From IMG/VR virus record IMGVR_UViG_3300014656_000001, positions 15,904-79,903 of that record: 64,000 bases of DNA, one strand, 5' to 3'. The notes under the pieces are model-generated. The model did no database searches and was not told the DNA's origin. It saw only the letters and a program-made list of their open reading frames with translations. Both the position numbers and the translations under genes were made by a program. This stretch comes from a virus. Lineage: Duplodnaviria > Caudoviricetes. This document shows, piece after piece, positions 44,862 through 54,554 of this stretch (the stretch's first letter is position 1; each line of letters begins with the position of its first letter).

Positions 44862-46187
44862 ATGACACGCACATTAAACCAAATACCAGACATAAACACA
44901 TATTCATCAGATGGAATAAAAAACGATCCAATACCTCTTTTTATCGAATCATTCTCCCGAATTTTAGCACAAGATAATCCAAACGACATGCTGATCGTTT
45001 ACCTCATTTTATTACTTGTATCAAGACTCAGGGGCAATCCAACAATCGATGATGAAATGCGTTACACAGATATGGGAAGGGACAGAATAAAAAAAGCAAA
45101 AAAACGACTAATGGAACATGGATTGATAGAACAATATCGGGTATTGGAAAATGGAAAATTTCATAGTTATTTTTATTATTGTCTAACCCGCCCAATACAA
45201 AATCCCATAAAACCAAACGATTCTGATCTGGATATTGTGAGTGATATACTCGAATCTGCCGAGGACTGGAAACCAGTCCGTGGAGAGATAAAACTACAGT
45301 CACGAGGACTGAAATCCAGTCCGTGGATGGATGTCCCTGAAAAAGAATCACTTATGTTGTTAAAAGACTCAATTTTGAAGCAAAATAACAACTCACGAGG
45401 ACTGAAATCCAGTCCTCGTCAAAACACTGATTTTATTGGAGATAGTGACTCAAGTTTACATAATACTTTTTTGGATAAGAAGAAAAAAGAAAAAAAAGAA
45501 AGTTCTTTTTCCCCCCCTATAACCCCCTCTTTATTTCAAAGAAATAAAAAGAAAAAAGAAGAACGGGGGTGTGTGCCCGCGCACGATACGTCTGTAGTTT
45601 TGGAAGAATCACCCAAATCAACAGAAGGTGATAATGAACTTGGAGATTTAAGCTTTGAAAATATGAACCTTCCAAATCAAAAAGAGTACCCGTTCAGCGA
45701 TGGTGTATACCTCCAATCCAAAAACAAGCTCCCGCTAAAGTTAACCTCCAATAAAGAATTTATGAATACCTGGGCGATGTACTTTTTGTACCGCAAAGAA
45801 ATAAAAAAACAAATTACGAAATTTGCCCTGCCGGGAATGTTCACTGTGCTTTCATCCATGACACCCCAAGAAGCCATCGACACAATTAACCGCGCCATGA
45901 TGAACCAGTGGACAGGTTTATTCCCAGAGAAAAAATCATTCACCCAAAAAACACCTGTCCAAATTCACGAACAGCACATGCTCCAGAGACACTACGATCA
46001 CTGGAGGCAGTGTGACAAAGAAGGTAACATGCGATGCTACACGATAGACAACACCACAAATCAGGTCTATTCCAAACCATGGCCTGAAGATGTTCTTGAA
46101 CCTCCCTGGTTGGATGAATTACCTGAAGATAGCGTTCCAGACCTACATCCAGATTACGAAAGTTACCCTGAATTGTTCCAAAAATAA
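44862..46187 (+). CDS. Replication initiator/replisome organiser (lambda O-like architecture)
   Basis: N-terminal wHTH (TDMGRDRIKKAKKRLMEHGLIEQ), internal iterons and a low-complexity linker, C-terminal W..Y.LYRKE.KK.IT...AI..I.RAM.NQWTGLF. Located upstream of the DnaC-like loader. Confidence 0.7.
   Translation: MTRTLNQIPDINTYSSDGIKNDPIPLFIESFSRILAQDNPNDMLIVYLILLLVSRLRGNPTIDDEMRYTDMGRDRIKKAKKRLMEHGLIEQYRVLENGKFHSYFYYCLTRPIQNPIKPNDSDLDIVSDILESAEDWKPVRGEIKLQSRGLKSSPWMDVPEKESLMLLKDSILKQNNNSRGLKSSPRQNTDFIGDSDSSLHNTFLDKKKKEKKESSFSPPITPSLFQRNKKKKEERGCVPAHDTSVVLEESPKSTEGDNELGDLSFENMNLPNQKEYPFSDGVYLQSKNKLPLKLTSNKEFMNTWAMYFLYRKEIKKQITKFALPGMFTVLSSMTPQEAIDTINRAMMNQWTGLFPEKKSFTQKTPVQIHEQHMLQRHYDHWRQCDKEGNMRCYTIDNTTNQVYSKPWPEDVLEPPWLDELPEDSVPDLHPDYESYPELFQK
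45260..45415. repeat. Three iterons GGACTG-N5-CAGTCC inside the initiator gene (putative origin)
   Basis: Copies at 45263-45279, 45306-45322 and 45399-45415, each preceded by CGA and followed downstream by an A-rich tract. Confidence 0.8.
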
Positions 46188-46358
46188 CCTCCAAATAAGC
46201 GATTCTAAGCGACTTTTTTTAGTCTACCCATACTGAGAGTCGTTTTTTGAAAAAAAATGCAGTGGTACCCCCTAAACGGGGCTAGAATTGGCATCCAAAA
46301 TCATAGTTCCAGACCCCAGACCCCCTCTGGGTGTCAAAATCGAAGGGAGAAGAGCAAA

Positions 46359-46964
46359 ATGATAGGCCATCCATGGAGATTTGAGTCTTTTGGCTCATAC
46401 GAAAATGCGCACATGGAAAACTGGTGTGACAAGTTGGAAGTTCCCCCCCACTTCCAGAGTGCACATTGCTTGTCAGACCCTAAAGTAAAGATCACAGAAA
46501 AGAATATTGAAAAATCGTATTATGTGTATGGGGAAACCAGATGCGGTAAGACACATGCTGTTTGTGCTTTGTTGAAATACAGAGCCATGATACAGGTGAG
46601 CAATCGTAAGTATACACCTGATTCTCTATTTGTCTCAGTTCCCGTCATGCTGGAACAGTTGAGGCAGTCGTATAAGGATGTGATTTTAGATTTCCCACAT
46701 GAGAATGAACCTACTCTGTTTCACAAGGGAAAAAATTTGTATCATTTAGTGCTAGATGATTTATGCGCTGACAAAATTTCCCAGTGGGGGTGTGATGTGT
46801 TGTTTTTGCTGTTGGATCATAGATACAATAATAATCTTCACACAGTAATCACCTGCAATCTCCCCATGGGAAAGATTGCAAACATTGTTGGAAGAAGAGT
46901 ACATTCACGTATTGCCAGTATGTGCCATCCAGTTCTTGCGAATGGGAGAGTGGTATTCAAATGA
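46359..46964 (+). CDS. dnaC: DnaC/IstB-like AAA+ helicase loader
   Basis: Walker A GETRCGKT, VSVPVMLEQLRQSY, Walker B LVLDDL, TVITCNL and RVHSRI. Confidence 0.8.
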   Translation: MIGHPWRFESFGSYENAHMENWCDKLEVPPHFQSAHCLSDPKVKITEKNIEKSYYVYGETRCGKTHAVCALLKYRAMIQVSNRKYTPDSLFVSVPVMLEQLRQSYKDVILDFPHENEPTLFHKGKNLYHLVLDDLCADKISQWGCDVLFLLLDHRYNNNLHTVITCNLPMGKIANIVGRRVHSRIASMCHPVLANGRVVFK

Positions 46965-48511
46965 TCGAAATAGAAACAGTAGATAACTCGCAAGAGAGAT
47001 TGATACTGATGTGTCTGATTGTTTCAGATTCTTTTATACCTCAGTTCATCCCCCTCTATACAGATGCAGACTACTTCAGTGTACCTTGGTCAAAGACCAT
47101 TGCCGATTGGTGTGTCAAATATTATAAGAAATATGAGAAAGCCCCTGGATCGGATATCCAGAGAATCTATAACTCCCATCGAAAAGCGTTGACAGATGAA
47201 AATGCAAGCATGATGGAAAAGTTTCTCTTGTCTCTTTCTGAAGAGTACAAGAGAAAAGACACCATGAATGTTGCGTACATGGTGGACATGACTGTCAAGT
47301 ATTTCAAACAGAGGTCTTTACAACTTGCGGCAGATGATTTGACGTATTGTTTGCAAGAAGGTAAACTAGAAGATGCTGAAGATATTATCTCCACATATAA
47401 TATAGTGGAGAAAACATTGGACAGCAGTATCGATGTTATGTCAAATACAGATATCATCGATAGACTGTATGAAGATTTACCTGAACCCATAATCAAATAT
47501 CCAGGGAAATATGGTAAACTGATTAACCCTTTATTGAAACGGGATTCTTTTGTGGCTTTCATGGCCCCAGAAAAGACAGGAAAAAGTCATTATATGGACG
47601 ATTTATTGATGAGAGGTGTTTGCTCCCGTCTCAACGCCTGTCTATTTGAAGCGGGGGATATGTCAGATGTTCAGCGCATGAATAGATATCTGACGTACTT
47701 CTCTCAACGTCCCGTAGAGAGTTACAAGGCAGGTGAAATTATGTTCCCTGTTTTGGATTGCAATTACAACCAAGACAATACCTGTAACAGACCCGAACGA
47801 TCTTGTAATGTAGGTATAAGAATTGGAGAAGACAATTTACCTTATGACGAACAAGACAAAAACTATAGACCCTGTACAGGATGCAGGGACAACAGGCGGG
47901 GAGCTTTTTCAGGGTGTGTTTATCTGGAACCAAAAAAAATAACACCCCTAACCAAAAAAGAGGCGTTGGAAGCTCAAGCCAAATACAAAAAAAGAGTGGG
48001 GAGCCGTGTTTTCAAAATGGCTCCCTATCCAAACTCAACACTGACCTTCGATATGATAAACAGACAGTTGGATGCTTGGGAACGCAACGATAGTTTTATA
48101 CCTGATGTAATAGGCATAGACTATCTGGATATTATGGACACGTCCCATTACGGGAAAGAATACAGACACCAGCAAAACGAGTTGTGGAAACAAGCCCGTA
48201 AGTTATCACAACAACGTCATGTGCTGTTGATATCAGCCACACAGGCGAACGCTCAGTCATACTTTCGCCCGAACAAAGACAAGAAAGATGACCCCCATGG
48301 GATTATTAGAAGATACCATGTGGCTGAGGATAAACGTAAACTTGCACATGCTACGGGAATTATTGGATTAAATCAAAGTCCAAAAGATAAGGTCAGTTGT
48401 ATAATAAAAGCAAACGTTGTCATCCAAAGAGAGGGAGCATACAACGAAGAAGATTATGCTTGTATCATGCAATGTCTCTCTATGGGAAGACCTCACTTGC
48501 AATCGTTTTAA
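46961..48511 (+). CDS. dnaB: DnaB-like replicative helicase with a Cys-rich insertion
   Basis: Walker A APEKTGKS, IGIDYLDIM, ATQAN, AEDKRKLAHATGIIGLNQ, and inserted CxxxxxxxC...C...CxxC residues. Confidence 0.8.
   Translation: MIEIETVDNSQERLILMCLIVSDSFIPQFIPLYTDADYFSVPWSKTIADWCVKYYKKYEKAPGSDIQRIYNSHRKALTDENASMMEKFLLSLSEEYKRKDTMNVAYMVDMTVKYFKQRSLQLAADDLTYCLQEGKLEDAEDIISTYNIVEKTLDSSIDVMSNTDIIDRLYEDLPEPIIKYPGKYGKLINPLLKRDSFVAFMAPEKTGKSHYMDDLLMRGVCSRLNACLFEAGDMSDVQRMNRYLTYFSQRPVESYKAGEIMFPVLDCNYNQDNTCNRPERSCNVGIRIGEDNLPYDEQDKNYRPCTGCRDNRRGAFSGCVYLEPKKITPLTKKEALEAQAKYKKRVGSRVFKMAPYPNSTLTFDMINRQLDAWERNDSFIPDVIGIDYLDIMDTSHYGKEYRHQQNELWKQARKLSQQRHVLLISATQANAQSYFRPNKDKKDDPHGIIRRYHVAEDKRKLAHATGIIGLNQSPKDKVSCIIKANVVIQREGAYNEEDYACIMQCLSMGRPHLQSF
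48389..48406 (+). promoter_or_regulatory. Phage-specific promoter motif, copy 3 (inside dnaB, upstream of the orphan ncRNA)
   Basis: AGGTCAGTTGTATAATA is 17/17 identical to copy 1. Confidence 0.6.
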
Positions 48512-48734
48512 GTTTTATGGCAACAGCGATGTGGAAAGCAGACACATACGACTAAGCGTGAACAAAAATCAAAGCCCCATGACACTGGTAACAGTGGATG
48601 CAGAAAGTTGGGGTGTCCGCTAATAAGGGTAGCAATGGACATCTAGCAGATTCTTAGTAGCACGGATGTCCCGGTTCAATTCCGTGCCATACCGTTCAAT
48701 AGCCAGGGTAGCGTCTGGCCTGTTGCCATAAAAC
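48512..48734 (+). ncRNA. Orphan structured RNA (about 223 nt) closed by a perfect 15-bp helix
   Basis: GTTTTATGGCAACAG/CTGTTGCCATAAAAC. Internal hairpins ATGTG/CACAT, CACTG-GTAA-CAGTG, TGTCC/GGACA, GCACGG/CCGTGC with a GGTTCAATTCC T-loop motif, and GCCAG/CTGGC. It fills the intergenic gap. Confidence 0.65.
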
Positions 48735-48753
48735 ATAACAAAGGAGAATTAGT

Positions 48754-49107
48754 GTGGTGACATTTCAACTCACAGAAAAACAAATCAAAGTATTGTATCA
48801 CATGGTACACGGTGATAGACCTCTAGTAGTCTATCAATCTACAAAAGTGGCGAACTGCAAGAAACCTCTCAACAAATGGAAAAAGAACAAGGGGTATGTA
48901 TATGGGATGGACGACGTAGAAGTCAGTGATAATTGTTTCAAGACCATGCTGAACAGAGGTTTGATTGAGTACAAAGAATCTGGTATGAGTTTTGACAACA
49001 CTGAAGGGACTGACATCTATGTATTCACCAAGCTGGGAGCTGAGAGACTGTATGCAAATCGTAGCAGACAAGAGTATAAACGTCTGGACGAAATTGAGGA
49101 GTTTTAG
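48754..49107 (+). CDS. Hypothetical protein (possible winged helix)
   Basis: SD AAGGAG. CFKTMLNRGLIEY...IYVFTKLGAE. Confidence 0.55.
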   Translation: MVTFQLTEKQIKVLYHMVHGDRPLVVYQSTKVANCKKPLNKWKKNKGYVYGMDDVEVSDNCFKTMLNRGLIEYKESGMSFDNTEGTDIYVFTKLGAERLYANRSRQEYKRLDEIEEF

Positions 49108-49109
49108 AA

Positions 49110-49325
49110 ATGAAACCAATGTATCTGAAAAAAGAAACAAAACCAGTTAGTTACAATCTGCATCCAATCATCGATATGAAACCTCTACGCTATGGATTAC
49201 TGCACAAGATTCACAATTTTTTATGTGTGATTTCTGTTGCAATCTTCGCCGCCGCTGTGTCTATTGGTTTGGGATGTGGGCTGGCTTATTTGATTTACAA
49301 ACTGTTTTTAGAGAGGACTTACTGA
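49110..49325 (+). CDS. Small membrane protein
   Basis: Hydrophobic helix FLCVISVAIFAAAVSIGLGCGLAYLIY. Confidence 0.6.
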   Translation: MKPMYLKKETKPVSYNLHPIIDMKPLRYGLLHKIHNFLCVISVAIFAAAVSIGLGCGLAYLIYKLFLERTY

Positions 49326-49326
49326 A

Positions 49327-49800
49327 ATGAAAACAACTATCACGAAGAGATTTAATTTTTGTTACGGGCACCATCTTGACGGGTACGTGGGGAAGTGTTG
49401 TATGAATCACGGTCACAATGCTGTACTGGATGTCACTGTCACAGGTGAATTGAAAAACAGCATGGATGAACTCTATGATAAAATGGGTGTGTTCAGAGGC
49501 ATGGTGATGGACTTCAAAGACCTGAAGAAAATCGTCAAGAGTAATGTAATAGACGTTCTCGATCATACAACTCTAAACGAATCGTTATCCACTTTGAATA
49601 TCTGTGTAGATTCTGTATTGGAAAAAGAAATTACCAAACTGAAACAAATATCTCAAAAATCGCCCACATGTGAAGTGACGGCGCAATTGATATTCTATTG
49701 TGTAAGATCGTTTATTAATCCAATCTATTGTGGCAATGTGAGATTGGACAAAATACGTCTCACTGAAACAAATGATTCGTGGGCGGAGGTATCCAAATGA
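49327..49800 (+). CDS. queD: 6-carboxy-5,6,7,8-tetrahydropterin synthase
   Basis: CxxxHGH motif (CCMNHGH), MVMDFKDLKK, LDHTTLN, PTCE and RLTET. Confidence 0.92.
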   Translation: MKTTITKRFNFCYGHHLDGYVGKCCMNHGHNAVLDVTVTGELKNSMDELYDKMGVFRGMVMDFKDLKKIVKSNVIDVLDHTTLNESLSTLNICVDSVLEKEITKLKQISQKSPTCEVTAQLIFYCVRSFINPIYCGNVRLDKIRLTETNDSWAEVSK

Positions 49801-50519
49801 ACGAACAAATAAGAGTGCACTCCATTTACAAGAGCATATCGGGGGAAGCGGGGATGATTCCACAGGGGGCACCATGTACAGTGCTTCGCTTGCAAGGGTG
49901 TGATTTAACATGCCCGTGGTGCGATGTTAAAGACTCATGGGGGCGGGGTGAAGGGAGAACTATGTTGCAGGGAGAGATCATTGAGAAACTGGATGATGAT
50001 AAGAATAAATCCAGTCATCTGTTGATTACAGGGGGAGAACCCCTTCTCCAAGCAGAAGGATTGAACAATCTTTTGAACCACCCAGCCTTGCCCGACTATC
50101 ACATCACCCAACTGGAGACAAATGGAAGACACCTCTGGGAGTATGATGGAATTGATTGCATTGTGTACGATTATAAACTTCCCTCTTCCAATACTATATC
50201 ATTTTCTCCTCTTATATTCTTACAGAGAATAATCAATAGCATCCACGACCATATCAACGTACTCATCAAGTTTGTGATTGCGAATGATAATGATTATGAA
50301 CACACTCTCAATTTCATGCGGGTGTATCAGAATAACAAAGAGACCGTTCAAGGGTGCTATGCAGATGTGCGATTCGCTGTGTCCAACGTGCAAGGGGATG
50401 ATGATTTTAATGGGTATACAAATAGAGAGTTTGTTGAACGGGTGCTCAAGGAGTCTTTATTTGATGACAAGATTACTATTATCAATTGTCAAATACACAA
50501 GTTCATGGGAGTGAAATAA
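49797..50519 (+). CDS. queE: 7-carboxy-7-deazaguanine synthase-like radical SAM enzyme, copy 1
   Basis: SISGEAG, RLQGCDLTCPWCD, ITGGEPLLQ, ETNG, DYKLPSS and KFVI motifs. Confidence 0.88.
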   Translation: MNEQIRVHSIYKSISGEAGMIPQGAPCTVLRLQGCDLTCPWCDVKDSWGRGEGRTMLQGEIIEKLDDDKNKSSHLLITGGEPLLQAEGLNNLLNHPALPDYHITQLETNGRHLWEYDGIDCIVYDYKLPSSNTISFSPLIFLQRIINSIHDHINVLIKFVIANDNDYEHTLNFMRVYQNNKETVQGCYADVRFAVSNVQGDDDFNGYTNREFVERVLKESLFDDKITIINCQIHKFMGVK

Positions 50520-50533
50520 CCAGGAGGAACAAA

Positions 50534-50872
50534 ATGATTACACTACAGATAATTATGGGAGCATTCATTGTTGGATTCATCGTTGGATACTTTGGATGCT
50601 GGAAGAAACATGAAGAAGAAGTCATGAATAGCAAAGAGGAGCCTGTTCTCAAACTCCCCGCCGCTCATTTGAAATCACCTAGGGGGGATTCATATTTTAT
50701 GAGTCAGAAAGCCGCTCAAGAATTTAAGAAGCATTTCAAAGAAGAACCTCCCAAACCTCCTGAGTATATTCACCCTCTTGCATTTGATACACTCAGTCCC
50801 TTTGGATCGTTCATGATGCGAATGGGACCTGAAGACAAAAGCAAGTGGACATCTACTGAAGGGAGAGCATGA
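50534..50872 (+). CDS. Hypothetical protein with an N-terminal membrane anchor
   Basis: SD AGGAGG. LQIIMGAFIVGFIVGYFG. Confidence 0.6.
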   Translation: MITLQIIMGAFIVGFIVGYFGCWKKHEEEVMNSKEEPVLKLPAAHLKSPRGDSYFMSQKAAQEFKKHFKEEPPKPPEYIHPLAFDTLSPFGSFMMRMGPEDKSKWTSTEGRA

Positions 50873-51654
50873 TGAAGATACTAATCACAGGTGCGAGTGG
50901 TTTTATCGGCAGTAATTTGGTTAGTTCGTTGTATGGTGTAAAAGAATACGAATTACATCTTATTCATAGGGGGTTAGAGGGAATAGGTTCAGAAATTGCT
51001 GGTGTGTTTGAATACAATGTTGATTTAACTCATGAGAATTGGCCGGCGCGATTGCCTGATATAGAGATGGATGTGGTTATCCATCTCGCTCAATCAAATC
51101 ACTATCGGGAGTTCCCCGCAGGTGCACAAGATATGTTTGATGTGAATGTAAAGTCTACATTCGATCTTTTGGAATGGTCGAGGAAACATAATGTGAAAAG
51201 ATTTATGTTTGCGTCAACTGGCAGTTTGAATAATAGAGCAGATGACAATCCAAGTATGTATAAAAGTACCAAATTAATCGCAGAAAAACTCGTGAATCAA
51301 TATTTTGAGTTTTTTTCTACAATGAATATGCGATTGTATACTGTGTATGGGGTTGGACAAACAGATAAATTAATACCCAATCTAATTCGTAAGATTAAAT
51401 CGGGGGAACCCATTAAATTAGATGAAAACGTTACAGTACATCCCGTTCATGTTTCTGATTGTGTTAAGTCCATTATTAATTTAATGGCAAGTAAGGCAAG
51501 GCGATATCCATTGACAACCAATATTTGCTCAGACGAACAATTTTATAGTCTACATGATTTTGTGGAATTGTTACGTAAAGTTGTTGAAGGTGATTATGTT
51601 AAAGGGCTTTATACGGAAGATAAACTAAGGGAAGTCGTGGATTCCATGCAATGA
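50869..51654 (+). CDS. NAD-dependent sugar epimerase/dehydratase (extended SDR)
   Basis: GASGFIGS, VIHLA, FASTGS, YKSTK catalytic motif and RLYTVYGVG. Confidence 0.9.
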   Translation: MMKILITGASGFIGSNLVSSLYGVKEYELHLIHRGLEGIGSEIAGVFEYNVDLTHENWPARLPDIEMDVVIHLAQSNHYREFPAGAQDMFDVNVKSTFDLLEWSRKHNVKRFMFASTGSLNNRADDNPSMYKSTKLIAEKLVNQYFEFFSTMNMRLYTVYGVGQTDKLIPNLIRKIKSGEPIKLDENVTVHPVHVSDCVKSIINLMASKARRYPLTTNICSDEQFYSLHDFVELLRKVVEGDYVKGLYTEDKLREVVDSMQ

Positions 51655-51736
51655 TTGTTTATCTATTCATATTAGCAATCCCTTGTATGTTATTAATTCA
51701 GTTTGTTGTATATCTTATATTGAAGAGGTTACTTAA

Positions 51737-52372
51737 ATGACTGCAAGATTATTATCATTAATAGATTTACACGAACAAAATTTAATTCATCCCTGGAGTA
51801 TTGAAATTGAAATGCAGGGTTATTTACATGTGTATAACACCAGACTTGGGATCGATTCCAATTCCGATATTGAAAGTTCTGATTACAAAACTTTGATTAA
51901 TGATTTGAAAGAATTTTGTAAGAATATAAAAGGCACAGTGTTGGATATCGGATGTGGTGATCCTAAAATCGGAGCTTTTGTTTTTTCTGATGAGTGTTCA
52001 TATATTGGATTGAATCCTAATTCCCATTCAATTGAGGGAAGAGTGAATGGGTATGCTGAGATAAATCCATTTAATGATAATGTGTTTGATTGTGTGTTAT
52101 TTAATGGAAGCCTGGATCACATATTGGATCACTATACAGCAGTGGAAGAGGCTTACAGGGTACTTAAGCCAGGGGGTAAAATGATTGTGACAGCATTGGT
52201 TTGGGAAGCACAAGCCGATATGTTGAGGGACACAGTACATTTCCACCACTTTAGAAGAAGAGAACTTGAAGCACTGTTTCGTGAATACTGCCTGTCTATC
52301 ACCCACTTTGCTTCTTACCCATGGAAATTCAACAATCACCGACATGTGGAATTTTTTGAACTCAAGAAATGA
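51737..52372 (+). CDS. Class I SAM-dependent methyltransferase
   Basis: VLDIGCG, PFNDNVFDCV, SLDH and RVLKPGG. Confidence 0.9.
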   Translation: MTARLLSLIDLHEQNLIHPWSIEIEMQGYLHVYNTRLGIDSNSDIESSDYKTLINDLKEFCKNIKGTVLDIGCGDPKIGAFVFSDECSYIGLNPNSHSIEGRVNGYAEINPFNDNVFDCVLFNGSLDHILDHYTAVEEAYRVLKPGGKMIVTALVWEAQADMLRDTVHFHHFRRRELEALFREYCLSITHFASYPWKFNNHRHVEFFELKK

Positions 52373-53484
52373 GAGCCATTATGAAAGTATTGTTTTTAGG
52401 AAACATGAATAATAATAACTTTGCGTTGTGTAGATATTTGCGGGATAGAAATATTAACGCATCTGTCGCACGGTTTTCTTACGAACCCGAACACTTCCAT
52501 CCGAAAGCCGATTGTTACGATTTATCATTTCAGAACTATTGTTTTGAATTACCTTGGGGGATCGATAATTTCAACCAGTTTACAAAAAACGATATCAATA
52601 AAGTACTGGATGAGTATGACTTTATCATAGGGTGTGGAGTGGCTCCAGCTTACTGTCACAGAGCAGATCGTAAAATGGACCTGATGATATCACATGGGGG
52701 TGACTTGTTCGAACTGACAAAGTATAAAATCTTAACCAATCCAAAACGATTCTCCAATCACATGAGTTTTGTTATGGCGCAACGGCAGGGTATAGAAGAT
52801 TGCCGAACGCTCAGCTGTCACAAAATGTTTGATGAATACGAGGATACAATCAAAAAATTGAGGGGTGACAAACCACGTTTAGTTTTTACTCCCCCCTATG
52901 TTTACCACTCCATGTATCCAGCCCACCATAGAACGCACTGGTATGAAGAGTTTAAGAAGATTAGAGATAGACTGAATGTGATGATTATTTCCCAATCCCG
53001 GCAATCGTGGATGGATAGGGGAGTTAACAGTAAAGGCAGTGAAATACTGATAAAAGGGTTTGCTGAATATTGTTACTTGAATTGGACTGCTTTTTGTAAA
53101 TTAGGACTTGTGTTGTTTGAATATGGAAATGATGTTGCCCGTTCGAAGCAACTTATAAAAGATTTGCACATTGAGCAGTTTGTGTATTGGATGCCAAAGA
53201 TGTATAGAAAAGACCTCATGGTTGGTTTAGCGTTGGCTGATTTTGGTGTTGATATTTGTGGATACGATCGGCTGATAGAGAACGGTTCTACAGCTGAAAA
53301 CTTTGTAGCAAAGAACTGTCTACTCAATGAATATGATTGTTCAACCTCTGCTCTGGTGAGTGAGCAATTAAAAAAACGTGTGGATAAAATGGAATCCACA
53401 AGATCGTGTGGCAGACTTAAATACGATTTATATAAACAAAGAGCAACTACTTACATTGAAACATTAATGGGAATGATCCAATGA
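52369..53484 (+). CDS. Putative GT-B glycosyltransferase 1
   Basis: MKVLFLGNMNNNNFALCRYLR N-terminal Rossmann strand/helix, KGSEILIKGF and LVLFEYG. Adjacent to the epimerase and methyltransferase. Confidence 0.6.
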   Translation: MRAIMKVLFLGNMNNNNFALCRYLRDRNINASVARFSYEPEHFHPKADCYDLSFQNYCFELPWGIDNFNQFTKNDINKVLDEYDFIIGCGVAPAYCHRADRKMDLMISHGGDLFELTKYKILTNPKRFSNHMSFVMAQRQGIEDCRTLSCHKMFDEYEDTIKKLRGDKPRLVFTPPYVYHSMYPAHHRTHWYEEFKKIRDRLNVMIISQSRQSWMDRGVNSKGSEILIKGFAEYCYLNWTAFCKLGLVLFEYGNDVARSKQLIKDLHIEQFVYWMPKMYRKDLMVGLALADFGVDICGYDRLIENGSTAENFVAKNCLLNEYDCSTSALVSEQLKKRVDKMESTRSCGRLKYDLYKQRATTYIETLMGMIQ

Positions 53485-53993
53485 AATACACACTCAACAA
53501 GATATGCAACCAAGAAGATTGTGAATACGCCGGTATACCACAACCCATTGAAAACTTTTACCTAGTGTATCATAAAAGCAGAAACAAAACGTATAGAAGA
53601 GGTCATTGTAAATACTGCGACAACAAGAGAACTCAAAAATACCATAAAGAGAATGCTGAGAAGATCAGCAAACGAAAATTTATGAAGAACATTAAAGACC
53701 CTTTTAATTCCCGTTTGTATACACTCAACAGAAGAGCTGGAGAGAATGGGTGTTTGGACATGGTCACTCTCAAAGAGTATAAGAGAGTATGGCTGGAATC
53801 AGGTTTTGTGTGTCATTACTGTGGTAAAAGATTGAACGTAAATACTTTTACGATAGATCATGCACAGCCAATATCAAAAGGGGGAGGTAACGTGTATAAT
53901 AATTTGAGAGTTTGCTGTCTATCGTGCAACAGTAAGAAACAAGACTTAACAGAGTTTGAATACTTCACCAAAATAGAAAGGTGCCCATTCTGA
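53481..53993 (+). CDS. HNH endonuclease
   Basis: CHYCG...[27 protein letters not shown]. Confidence 0.9.
   Translation: MKYTLNKICNQEDCEYAGIPQPIENFYLVYHKSRNKTYRRGHCKYCDNKRTQKYHKENAEKISKRKFMKNIKDPFNSRLYTLNRRAGENGCLDMVTLKEYKRVWLESGFVCHYCGKRLNVNTFTIDHAQPISKGGGNVYNNLRVCCLSCNSKKQDLTEFEYFTKIERCPF
53884..53901 (+). promoter_or_regulatory. Phage-specific promoter motif, copy 4 (inside HNH, upstream of folE)
   Basis: GAGGTAACGTGTATAATA is 16/18 identical to copy 2, with the same spacing. Confidence 0.5.
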
Positions 53994-54541
53994 TGATTGA
54001 TCCATACAAATGTGTATCCATGTTGATAACTTCAATAGGGGATGATGTTGAAAGAACGGGGTTGCAAGGGACACCCTTACGGGTTGTCAAATCATTTAGT
54101 GAGTTGTACAAAGGGTACAACTCAGACCCAAAAGACCATATCAAATACTTTCCATCCACATCAAATGAAATGGTAATTGTAAAGAACCTTCAAGTGTTTT
54201 CCATGTGTGAACATCACATGCTTCCATTTGTGGGCGTGTGTCATGTGGGTTATATACCTAATGGAACAGTCTTGGGACTTTCCAAGTTCTCCCGAATACT
54301 AAACTGCTTTGCGCGTAGATTACAGATACAAGAACAGTTGACACACGATATGGGAAAGTTTTTAACTTTGAACATACCTAATAATATGGGGGTATCTGTT
54401 GTGATTGAAGCTCAACACATGTGTATGCGAATGAGAGGGTGTAACGAACAAGAAAGCACTGCCATAACATCGTATGTATCAGGGTTCTTCAAAGAGTATT
54501 CAGAAACCAAATCCGAATTTATGAGCATGATAAAATCATAA
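53993..54541 (+). CDS. folE: GTP cyclohydrolase I
   Basis: [37 protein letters not shown] and [13 protein letters not shown] overlap with HNH. Confidence 0.95.
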   Translation: MIDPYKCVSMLITSIGDDVERTGLQGTPLRVVKSFSELYKGYNSDPKDHIKYFPSTSNEMVIVKNLQVFSMCEHHMLPFVGVCHVGYIPNGTVLGLSKFSRILNCFARRLQIQEQLTHDMGKFLTLNIPNNMGVSVVIEAQHMCMRMRGCNEQESTAITSYVSGFFKEYSETKSEFMSMIKS

Positions 54542-54554
54542 CAGGAGAATTAAA

